The position numbers and the translations under genes were made by a program. A stretch of DNA of 64,000 nucleotides from Lingula anatina (taxonomy: Eukaryota > Animalia > Brachiopoda). Of this stretch, positions 38,833-49,634 are shown piece by piece. The notes below the pieces were generated by a model that did not search any database, had not been told where the DNA came from, and was given only the letters and a program-made list of their open reading frames with translations. The stretch lies in NCBI GenBank assembly GCA_051362555.1, contig CM120642.1, positions 21,700,001-21,764,000 on the forward strand, given 5' to 3'. How positions within the stretch are numbered: the first letter of the stretch is position 1; each line of letters opens with the position of its first letter.

Positions 38833-39476
38833 ATATTATTTATGTTTAAATTATAATTTCTCTCCAAATTACTTATTTCTGTTATCAATTTTTTTTCTCT
38901 ATCGTCAACTAGTTTTTTCTTATAAGATGAAACGGAAATGGTTTTGCCCCTGATCTCCATAAGTAGTGTCTCGAGAAAGAGTTGATCATTTACAGTAAAC
39001 TGTATGTCAGGGTCCGGAATTGAGCAGATATTATTTAGGTTATAGACAGGAAGTGCATACTGGATTTTTATATTATTAATAAGTTGTTTTATATTGTCAA
39101 TATATTCTAAATCATTAAGCAGAGGATTATTAAATTTCCATAACCCTTTACCTTTCCTAAATGGCTTAAATTCAATATTTATCCCCACAATGGAGTGGTC
39201 CGATCTATAACTCGATTTGATATATGGGTTTTTAATACTTCTTACAAGGTTTTCTGTCACAAGGAAAAAATCTAGTCTCGCTTGTTTAATGGGATTTTTT
39301 CTCCTCCAAGCATATCTCCTATAACATTCATGTTGTTCCTTATAAACATCAACTAAATCATAAATTTCAATAAGTTCTAATACCTTTTTTCTTGCTTTTG
39401 GGTTGTTTATATGTCGATATATCTGATCATAATCTATTTCTGGATTTAAGTTGAAATCACCACAGATAATAGAGTA
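38833..39476 (-). pseudogene. LINE ORF2 APE endonuclease, C-terminal half (frameshifted)
   Basis: YSIICGDFN, LVDVY, (TW)RRKNPIKQARLDFFLV, YRSDHSIV, KGKGLWKFNN and EIRGKTIS. Confidence 0.9.
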
Positions 39477-41978
39477 CCCAGCTAGAATGGGAGCCCCAGC
39501 TGCCCACGGGAGCCCAGGCTGCCAAAGAGACTGCCAGGGAGACTGCCCTTTTGCAGTCTGGGGCTCCAGTGTGCAGTCTCCTTGAGCAGGCAGACTGCAA
39601 AGGGGGCTGCAATAACTTAAACATTTTTGCAGGAGACTGCAAAGGGGGCTGCAATAACTTAAACATTTTTGCAGGAGACTGCAAAGGGGGCTGCAATAAC
39701 TTCAACATTTTGCAGGGGACTGCAAAGGAGGCTGCAATAACTTCAATATTTTGCAGGGGACTGCAAAGGAGGCTGCAATAACTTCAATATTTTGCAGGGG
39801 ACTGCAAAGGAGGCTGCAATAACTTCAAAATTTTGCAGGAGACTGCAAAGGAGGCTGCAATAACTTCAACATTTTGCAGGAGACTGCAAAGGGGGCTGCA
39901 ATAACTTAGAAATTTTCACAGGGGACTGCAAACTAAACTGAAATAACTGACATTTTCAACATTGGCCAACGTATGCAATAAACAACCCAATAGTTATTTA
40001 AAAAGTGTTTCTATCCGCAATTGAGAAGCACATGTGCTAAACTTTTGATTACTAACTAAGTGAAGTTTTATATTTTTAAATTTTTTTTTTTTTTATTAAA
40101 TATTTTAGATTTTTATTTTTTTAATAATGCTGTGAAAATATCCTTTATTATTGCTATAATTTTCATTGAAATCAGACAAATAATTGAAGTCTTATGATAA
40201 TATACAATTGCATAATATATAAATTTTAAACCTCACAGTTAGCATCAATTTAAGTTGGACTTGTGATTAAAATTAACTGGTAACTTTCAAAACCAAATTC
40301 ATTTCAAGCCAGGGGCATGTTTATCTTAACTGTCAGTTTGATATAAACAGTTCACCTATAGCTTGCCCAATGAGGTCAAATAACTATACAGCACAGGCAG
40401 TAGTACAGAACCGTTGAGCTAATTAATTCAAAACTCTAAGCCAGAAGCTAGGTCAGAAATGTTCTAAGGAAGAGGCAAGAAATCTGAAAACATTGATTTC
40501 TGGATTGAAAAAGCTAGAAGACATTTTTAGGAAATGCATGTAGAAAGAAAAATGAAGAAGGACAGAGACAGGATAAGAAGTGAGCATGCAAGTCCTTTTG
40601 GTTTTGTATTTTCCTACATGTATAGTTTACTGATGCACCAGGATCCATAGAGCTTTGGGAAGTGTTCAATTTTAGCCCAGCACTTTGAATTCTGTTTGTG
40701 GTTTTTAAAAGTACTTGAAATTGCTATTAGGCTAGAAAAAGGTTTGCATTTAACCATTTTGGTCGTTTTGTCAATTAAAATATTATTTCAAACTTTGCAG
40801 TTTTTGACATGAATATAGACAATAATTCACAGATGAGGATAACACCTTTTAAAACATCGATCTTTGTACTTTTCATTATCATGCAATGTGTTAAAAATAC
40901 AAAATTTAAATGAAATGAGCCTTCTTTTCCTTTGGTATGTACACTTTAAAAATTGTTTTAGTGTATAACTTGCCCACATTAGTTAAAAAACCTTAAAAAT
41001 TACTTGAAATATTGCTCTTATGTGTCGATCTGTATCGATGTATGAATCCTAGCCAGTGAATTCTGTGACTGAGTTTTTGGAATGATTAAATAACGTACAG
41101 TAGAATTCCCAGCCCTCTGCTAATATGGGCTTTGTAGAAAAATATATATGTAAAATAGTTAACTGAACTAAATAGTATGGAGAGAAATAAACCAATATGT
41201 TAGATATAAATGAATCAGATAACATACATTTTGTGATCAAGGGAAAATTTTGTATTTAGATTTGAACTTACACACATGCTTGGGAGAAAGATTATTTCTA
41301 GATTCCTTTTGATAAATATAATTATTATTAGAATATGTACATGTATATGACTTAAAAAAAAAAAAAAATAAATAAATAAATAAATAGATAAAAAGATTTT
41401 GCCAAATTTTATTTTGCTAAGCAAACTGCTAAGGAGACTGCAGAGTAGACTGCAAGAGGGACTGCCAAGCAGACTGCTAGGGGGGCTGCCAAGCAGACTG
41501 CCAGGGGGACTGCCAAGCAGACTGCAAGGGGGGCTGCCAAGCAGACTGCAAGGGGGCCTGCCCTGGCAGTCCCCCTGGCAGCGCGTTCCAAAAATGCAAA
41601 TGAAGACTGCTAGGGGGACTGCCAAGCAGACTGCTAGGGAGACTGCTAAAGCAGACTGCCAGGGGGACTGCCCTGGCAGTCCCCCTGGCAGCGCGTTCCA
41701 AATATGCAAATTAAGACTGCCAGGGAGACTGCCAAGCAGACTGCTAAGGGGGCTGCCAAGCAGACTGCCAAGCCAGTCCCCCTGGCAGTCCCCCTGGCAG
41801 CGCGTTCCAAAAATGCAAATTAAGACTGCCAAGGGGACTCCCTCCATACTTAACGATACCTGCAAAGGAGACTGCTGTGGAAGCGGGGACTGCTAGGGAG
41901 ACTGCAAAGCAGGCTCCATAGGGGGACTGTTAAGGAGACTGCAAGCAGACTGCAAAGGGGACTGCTTTTCTAGCTGGG
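39477..41978. mobile_element. 2.5-kb non-autonomous CACTA/EnSpm-type element (CCC...GGG, TA TSD) with subterminal GGGGACTGC repeats
   Basis: CCCAGCTAGAA at 39477 and TTCTAGCTGGG ending at 41978, with TA on both sides. Excision restores ORF2 in frame (DDE-Y-SIICGDFN). Tandem repeats at ~39590-39935 and ~41415-41965. Confidence 0.85.
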
Positions 41979-42387
41979 TACTCATCATCGGTATCCTGTA
42001 GCGCCATTTCTATCTGTTTATAGAAGTCGGGAGAATCAAGATTTGGACCATGTATATTAATCAATGTCACTTTCCTATCTTCTAATAAACAATTTAATAA
42101 TAGAAAGTTACCCGCATCGTCTTTTTTTTTTCATTGATTACTTTAACATCAGCAGTGTTATTTAAAAGTATAGCAATACCCCTCGAGTTTGACCTGTACG
42201 AGCTAAAACAGGCCTTATATCCCCATTCAGACCTAACCCTTGATTCTATTTCTGCCGTAAAATGTGTGTCTTGTAGGCATAGGATATTATATTTTTGTTG
42301 TCTTAAATAAGAAAATATGTCTTTCCCTTTTTGTCTATCCCCAAGGCCCTGGCAGTTAACAGAAACAATCTTAATACAATTTGTCAT
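41979..42387 (-). pseudogene. LINE ORF2 APE endonuclease, N-terminal half (frameshift in A-run at ~42125)
   Basis: MTNCIKIVSVNCQGLGD, CLQDTHF and SNSRGIAILL, then DDAGNFLLL...LINIHGPNLDSPDFY in the shifted frame. Confidence 0.92.
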
Positions 42388-43338
42388 TTAAATATACGGC
42401 TCTAATAAATGTCGTAAATCTCTAATAAATGTTTTTCCCTTATTTTGCTTTTTATCGCTCTTACCACAAAACTAGTTTTTACCACCACCAGAATGGCACC
42501 CTTCTTCCAAATAGCTCCACCTATCACCAACATAAAAATATATTGCAATAAGTACACATTAATTCCACTTGTCGACGAGTATAAGAGAAAAGTTAAAATT
42601 AACATAAAATGTTATTGTAGGCTATCTTATACTGTAGTGCAACAGCTTATCCGAGGTAAGGGCGTACGCTTTAGACCCTCTCGCACTTACACTTGTTAGG
42701 TACTCCCTTTCACTTACATAGAATAACATGAGCTGTAAACTGTCCATTTTGACATACACACTAACACAAACTTTCACACTGACACATATCCACAATACAT
42801 GAGTCATCACTACAAAAGACCTAGGACGTATCGTGAGTCCTAGAAAAGACAAAGCAGTGGTAACACTCATGACCCTTGCATTCATCAACTGGCGATCGAT
42901 CGCCTGAACAGACACGGTGATTATATTGTTGTTACAAACTGTAAATATCGGTATGTTCTATACTACGCATGTCGGCTGGGACACCTAGGGGCCCTTTTTG
43001 TGTTTGTCACATAACAGGAGTTTAGTTCCCCGTCATTGCCCATTAAGCAATATATATTGAGCAATGTGCACATAATCGGAGCCAAATACACCCAATAGCT
43101 ACGATGTCCCCTTCTATTTGGAGCGTACCAACCGACATAGAAAATTGTGCTTTATAATGTTGAACACATCTTATATTTTCTTGTATTGTCAATAGCTTAG
43201 CTAGTAATACCACATGTATAACAGCATACCATATCTCGAGAAATGAGTGTGTGTGGTCATCCAGTGCCCACATCAGCAAGACGCCTCGTGAATACCTGTA
43301 TTATAAAAATATGTGATCAATAACTCAAAACTATATAT

Positions 43339-46300
43339 AACTAGAGGATCACAGAGGCGATACCGCCTCCGGATTTTGAACCACCAGCTGGAGTAAGCGC
43401 ATTCGTATGAACCCCCCCCCCCCAAAAAAAAAAAGGGACACCACCACCAGTCTTATGCTTGACAAGCTCTATAAAATGCAATCAACAAGAGTTCTCAAAA
43501 TATGCAAAAAAATATAACTAAAAATGCTACAATCAAGCAGACTTTCGAATTGACTTGCATTTTCCTACCATTGATCACTCCTGTGATTTTCTAGACAAAA
43601 GGCCTATTGGTTTTCCTTGAAATATGTGTTGTCAGTGGTGCATATATGCGAACAAAAGAGAAAACCTAGGGGCAACACTGGGCACACCTCTGCTAGTTTT
43701 GAAGATATGAGGGGCAAGAAAATGTGCAAAGCTCAGTTCATGGTGAAAAAGTAGGTCAAAGGTCAATTTCAATATCATAGTATATGAATTTCTATTCAAG
43801 TTCAATAGTGACCATGGGCATTTCTTTGCCAATTTTGCAGATTTAAAGCCAGAAAACATGCAAAAAGCAGTTCATCATAAAAAGTAGGTCAAAGGTCAAT
43901 TTCAAGGTCACAGATTGCCAGTGTATTACTTCCTATTCAAGTTCAATAGTAACTATGGACCTACCTCTGGCAGTTTTGGAGATAAAAGGGAACAGAAATT
44001 TGCAAAGTTCAGTTCATGGTGAAAAGTAGGACAAAGGTCAATTTTAAGGTCACAGTAAATTGCCTCTAATGACTTTCTATTCAAATTCAATAGTAACTAT
44101 GGGCGAATCTTTGCCAGTTTTGGAGATCAAAGGGAACGGAAATTTGTTCAGTTCATAGTAGAAAGTAGGTCAAAGGTCAATTTCAAGGTCACATTTAGAT
44201 TGCCAATATATGACTTCCTATTCAAGTTCAATAGTAACTATGGACCTATCTCTGCCAGTTTTGGAGATAAAAGTGAACGGAAATTTGCAAAGATCAGTTC
44301 GTGGTGAAAAGTAGGTCAAAGGTCAATTTTAGCGTCACAGTAAATTGCCAGTATATGACTTCCTATTCAAGTTCAATAGTAACTATGGACCTATTTCTGC
44401 CAGTTTTGGAGATAAAAGGGAACCAAAATTTGCAAAGTTCAATTCATGATGAAAAGTAGGTCAAAGGTCAATTTCAAGGTCACATTTAGATTGCCAGTAT
44501 ATGACTTCCTATTCAAGTTCAATAGTAACTATGGACCTATCTCTGCCAGTTTTGGAGATAAAAGGGAACAAAAACTTGCAAAGTTCAGTTCATGGTGAAA
44601 AGCAGGTCAAAGGTCAATTTCAAGGTCACAGTTAAATTGCCAGTATGTGACTTCTTATTCAACTTTAATAGTAACTATGGACCTGCCAGTTTTGGAGATA
44701 TAAGGAACTTGATGTTAACTGTTGACGGTCAGACTCATGTTGAAAATGTCATAATTGATTCCCAAGTGTCTCATTTTTTTCTTAAGATATTTGAATTACC
44801 CGACTAAAACATGCTTCTTCTTTCACTGACCCGCAGAGGATGACGTAATCTTCTCTGATTGGTCATAATATGCAAGTTTTAGGTCAAAGCACGTGTGCCT
44901 CTCTTTAGTATAAACAAGGTATGAACAACGATGAAATGATCGTTTTTTTATTCACATAATTGTTCAACATTTTAATTGAGCAACCATAGGTTTAGGACCA
45001 ATTTAAATCACTCGCCCAGACCAAATACTTTAGGCCAGTAACCCTTGTGACTTTTGTAGTTTTAGTCGTCAGAATAAATTTTTAGTCGCATTTGACGAGC
45101 GGGCGACCGGGAATTTCCAGTTCTGCTGATTACCAGTGATGACAAAATGATGAGAAAAAGGAAAAGCAAAGGAAAAAAACAACAGTCAATTAAAAGGTTT
45201 TGTCATGCAAGGTAGGCAAAGTTATTTACTATAGATTTCAGAGTCCGACATACCTACTTGCGATGGTTGCGTTTCGCAACTAGTTTTATCAGCCGGGCAA
45301 CTAAAATTTAGCTGGTAGTTGCCCGGAAACGCAAGTGACTTTCGGCTGTTCACTTGCCCGGAAAATTTGAAGTGTAAAATTTATTATCACAGACAAAATA
45401 GATCGTTTATTATTGGCAGTCATTTGCCGGTTGGAAACAAAGTGGTTTGCAGCAACCGGCTAGCTCCAGATTTGGCCAGCTTAGAAAACAGTTGAACTTG
45501 AAGTGCTGCGCTAACAAACATAAATAAAAATTATCTTTCAACAAACTGTGAAATAATATTTCTAGTAATTATTTACAAATTGAAAGCAAAGGTTTAATTT
45601 TTATAAACAATTTAGTAAAACTTAAAAACGACGGGTGCCTAATGTTCCCGACTTGACCTACTTTTTGTCGGCATCAATTTTAGGGAGAAACAGTAGGAAG
45701 AGTAAGAAGTATGAACATTTTGATTGATTAAAATGGCTAAATATGTAAATTTTGTGTCCCTTCTCAAATAGTATACTAAAAAATGCTTGTTTGACAGAGA
45801 CGGATACTGGGTGACTACTTGTCAGTGTTTTGGATAAAAGGATAGTGGGTTATTGTTATGAAAGTGAACTGTGTGATTGCATGATTATTAATACACAAAA
45901 TTACACCTTGATGAGCATTTTTTAATTTTACCCCTTTATTTTGAAAATTACCCCTTCTTTTTTTGGGCAAGGGGTACGGTACTCCCTTAGAAAAATCCTA
46001 CCGAGTGCACTGGGGAGGTGCTCAGAAGTTCCAGATGTTCATATTTCATGAAATAACATCATTTTTGACCAGAAGTTGTCTGCCTTGCCAAGCCTTATGT
46101 TTTATTTTCCCGGGAATCAAAATTTATTATACATTACCGTACTGCACATTTTGCTTTCACCACCACATTGTACTTTTTGATACAGCATAACTCGAAAACT
46201 GTATGGAATACAAAAAAATAGAGACCATCTCCAATGTTGGGCTTTACATGCTCTACAAAATGCAAAAAAAGAATGGGTCTCTAGCATTAACGGTTCCTGA

Positions 46301-46870
46301 ATTGGAGACAGTTTTCAGTTTCGGTATCTTATGGCCGCTACTCCCGTGAAAATGCACCGATTGACCCCAAATTCACGGAGATGTAAGATTACCCAAAGGG
46401 TAACACTTTCCAATAATATTATTGGTTAAGTCTGTGTAGTTTCTCAATATCAGCGGAAATTTTTTTTTTCGTAAAAAATTTCATTTTTTTGAAAATTTTG
46501 GCCCGTTTGACCTTGAAATAAAGGTCAAAGGTCAAATCCAAGGGCATATTTGAAATCTCCACATATGACTTTTGGTCAGCCAACTGTAGAAATTTTTCCC
46601 ATAATGCCTTCTGTAGGGTAGATAATTAGCATTTAATTTTGCCATTTTTGGACAAGGGTGCATTGCAATGAGTGCCACACCTAGACCCCACCACCGACAA
46701 AGCCCAAATTTTATGTGGAACGAGTTGAGATTGTAGGTGACCTAAATCCAAGAGATGGGTATGGAGGCCCTTACCGTCTAGGAGAAGTGGTAACGGTAAC
46801 ATGGCGGCGGAGCATACGGGTCGGGACTAAAACCATGTGTACCGCCAGCGCCTACGCTGGTGGTACAATA
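43339..46870 (+). mobile_element. Third HINE copy (~7 x 146-bp units) inserted in the LINE inter-ORF spacer
   Basis: Same termini and 3' hairpin (GTACCGCCAGCG-CCTA-CGCTGGTGGTAC). Array at ~43680-44705. About 1.3 kb of extra sequence at ~44725-46010 with hAT-like subterminal motifs (CACTCGCCC, GTTGCCCGG). Confidence 0.8.
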
Positions 46871-46995
46871 ATTACTATCAAGTACACAACCGAGAGACAG
46901 ATAATCTGTACATATAACCACCACAGAGACACCTCACCCACACAGGCGTTTGACTATATATATACATCTTATCACACAAACTAACCTAGCCCGAT

Positions 46996-48228
46996 CTAAT
47001 CTAATTGGAGAGCGTCAATTGTTGACTCTTGGTAATAACTGAATCTCTCTGAATTTAAGTGCTTCCCAACCACCCTTGACACTACAATCAATCTATTTTC
47101 TATCCTCTTGGCTTCTAAGAGGTTGGCCAGTGTTTTGGCTACACCTACATCGTTATTGTCATTGTAATAGACTGTCCAAGCACCGCCACTTTTTATTCTG
47201 TAGGCGTAAACAAGCGAGGCTCCACTTACTTGGCCACCTGCTATTATGGACGCAAGCGCAGATTGTGCGTCTTCGACCGAATTCACTCTTGTAGAGATTC
47301 CCATAAAGGAGTTACCCTTTGGTTTAGTTTTCTTTTCCGAGAGTTTTATTTCATGTCGATGGTTTTTCCTATGTGTTGGTAGGTTTTTTAAAGAGTTATC
47401 GGGCTTGCGGTCATCTGGGGTATACAAGGAGTTATTTACATAGAGTTTTTCGCCCACTAACCTGTGTTTGATATTTTTTGCCCTTAGCTCTTTCATGACG
47501 GGATAAAGCATTCTTCTTTTTTCTTCCACCTCCTTGGGATACTGGTCAGTTATCCTTATTTAGGTCCCCTTTAGATTTTTGGTATATTTCATAACAATTC
47601 TTTTGTCATGGAATGTCGTACATTTTGCTATTATTGTCCATGGTTTGGGCCCGTTAGTTACCGATCCAATGCGATGAATCCTATCAAAAGACACGTTTTC
47701 TTCCTCAGGAATCTTCATCTGTTGAATCAACACCTGCCTCAGTGTATTCTCCACGTTTTCCTGCGGTCCAGTCTCGGAAATGTTATGAAATAGTAAGTTA
47801 TCTCTCATGGATCTAGTTTGTAGATTTATTATTATCTGGTGATCCGTATCAACTTGTCTCTGTAGGCTTTGTACTCTCTGCTCGCTAACATTGAGTTGTT
47901 CTCTTAGCACACTGTTCTCAGTTTCTAGAGCACTTACTTTCTCGTCCAGTTGGGTCATGTTTTCATCAAGACTTTTAACCGAAATCTTACTTTGTTTGAG
48001 AGAATCTTTGAAGGTTTTTGTAATGGCGTCCAATTTATCTTTGAACTTTGCTAACCAATCACTGATAATGTCCCAGATTACGATGTTGTCTGTAATGAGA
48101 TATTTGTCACCCTTTTTTTTCCTTGAGCTTTTATCCATATTGCTCTCTTTGATGTGGAGTTTGGCCAATGGTGTGTTTTCTGTACTGGATGATGAACTAT
48201 GGGAAGGCCTTTGTCTTCCCCTTTGCAT
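46996..48228 (-). pseudogene. L1/Tx1 ORF1 (coiled coil + RRM + CTD) fused to a C-terminal IMPACT/YigZ (UPF0029)-like domain; one in-frame stop at 47560-47562
   Basis: Heptad region, RSMRDNLLFHNISE, FDRIHRIG and KNLKGT*IRITDQYPKEVEEKRRMLYP. The two track ORFs are in the same frame, 30 nt apart. The C-terminus has GNSF, VYAYRI, NDNNDVG, LIVVSR and HLNSERF. Confidence 0.88.
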
Positions 48229-48440
48229 TGTTTCATTGGCGTGATTTTTAAATCCCAGAAAAAATATCACTTTTATCGTCACATTACCAGGAATCCTGCC
48301 CTTTTCAACTGTCACTTCAGTTTATATTCATCCTCACGCAGTCAGCCACTGTCCAACTACAACCGATCATATACAATTATGGTTTTTATCACCATGGCCC
48401 CAGCTTGAGTGCTACACCACCGCCGTCATCTTGCGAATCC

Positions 48441-49235
48441 TATAAATTTGATAAAACTGAAAATGACATTGAAAAGACTGCCAAATTTGGTGCCTAAAAA
48501 TAGTTAACCTTTAATAATTTTGACAAATCTAGTCCAATATTTGTGAAATTTGGACGGATGATGCATAACAACAATAAAAATCTGTGATAAGCTCATAAGT
48601 TGAATGGGTCTGATGAAAAATATTTTTTTCGGACAATAAATTTAAGAAAACTGAAAATAACACTGAAAAGACTGGCAAATTCCATGGTAAATAATAGTTA
48701 AATGTTAATGAGTTATACAAATCTAGACCTGGTCCAATATTTGTGAAATTTGAACAGATGATGCATTAAAAACCTGTAATAAGCTCATCTGTTGACTGTG
48801 TTTTATGAAAAAGATTTTTTCGGACAATATAATATAGAAAACTGAATATTACATTGAAAAGACTGGCAAATTCCATGGCAAAAAATAGTTAAACTTTAAT
48901 AATTTTGACAAATCTTGTCCAATATTTGTGGAATTTGTACAAATCATGCTTAAAACCAATAAAAATCTGTGATAAGCTCATCAGTTGATTGGGTCCAATG
49001 AAAAATATTTTTTTCGGACAATAAATTTGAGAAAACTGCAAATAACACTGAAAAGACTGGCAAATTTCATGGTAAATAATAGTTCAATGTTAATAAGTTT
49101 GACAAATCTAGTCCAATATTTGTGAAATTTGGACAGATGATGCATAACAACAATAAAAACTGTGAAAAGCTCATCATTTGACTGGGTCTAATGAAAAAGA
49201 TTTTTTTCAGGCAATAAATTTGAGAAAAAATGAAT
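48441..49235. repeat. Four further ~195-bp satellite monomers (right edge of the array)
   Basis: Same monomer motifs as 8505-33163. Confidence 0.92.
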
Positions 49236-49555
49236 ATTTACCTGTGGGTGCTGGTGTCACATGTGTCTGTACATAAATATCTTCTACTATATCACTTACA
49301 TCATACACTGTATATATAGTTGTACTGATATTTACCTGTGGGTGCTGGTGTCACAGGTATCTGTACATAAATATCTTCTATTATATCAGTGACATCATAC
49401 ACTGTATATATAGTGGTACTGATATTTACCTGTGGGTGCTGGTGTCACAGGTATCTGTACATAAATATCTTCTACTATATCAGTGACATCATACACTGTA
49501 TATATAGTGGTACTGATATTTACCTGTCGGTGCTGGTGTCACAGGTGTCTGTACA
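49236..49555. repeat. 94-bp tandem repeat (~3.4 copies) duplicating an exon 3' end and splice donor
   Basis: ATTTACCTGTGGGTGCTGGTGTCAC recurs with a 94-bp period (the A of TTTACC at 49240, 49334, 49428 and 49522). Confidence 0.92.
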
Positions 49556-49634
49556 CTGGGAATAAAAGTAACAGGACCTCCTGGCAGCTGAACCCCTGGG
49601 ATGAAAGTGACTGGGGCTTGTGTAGTTGGTGTTC
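49524..49634 (-). CDS. Isolated 111-nt phase 1-1 coding exon, Thr/Pro-rich (mucin-like linker) of an unidentified gene
   Basis: tttttttgactag|GAACACCA...CCGACAG|gtaaat. Reads (G)TPTTQAPVTFIPGVQLPGGPVTFIPSVQTPVTPAPT with an internal PVTFIP repeat. Flanking exons not identified. Confidence 0.65.

Larger units (their letters stand above)
33164..48440 (-). mobile_element. L1/Tx1-clade LINE, 5'-intact, 3'-deleted (no RT), fragmented by nested insertions
   Basis: The 5' end GGATTCGCAAGATGACGGCG abuts satellite at 48440. ORF1 runs 48228-46996, followed by a ~1.1-kb inter-ORF spacer once the HINE is removed. APE endonuclease ORF2 pieces lie at 42387-41979, 39476-38833 and 33276-33164. Confidence 0.88.

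Noticed and set aside
41215-41896. 216- and 165-aa low-complexity ORFs (also 39457-39781)
   Set aside because: Translations of the subterminal GGGGACTGC repeats of the CACTA-type element, open on both strands
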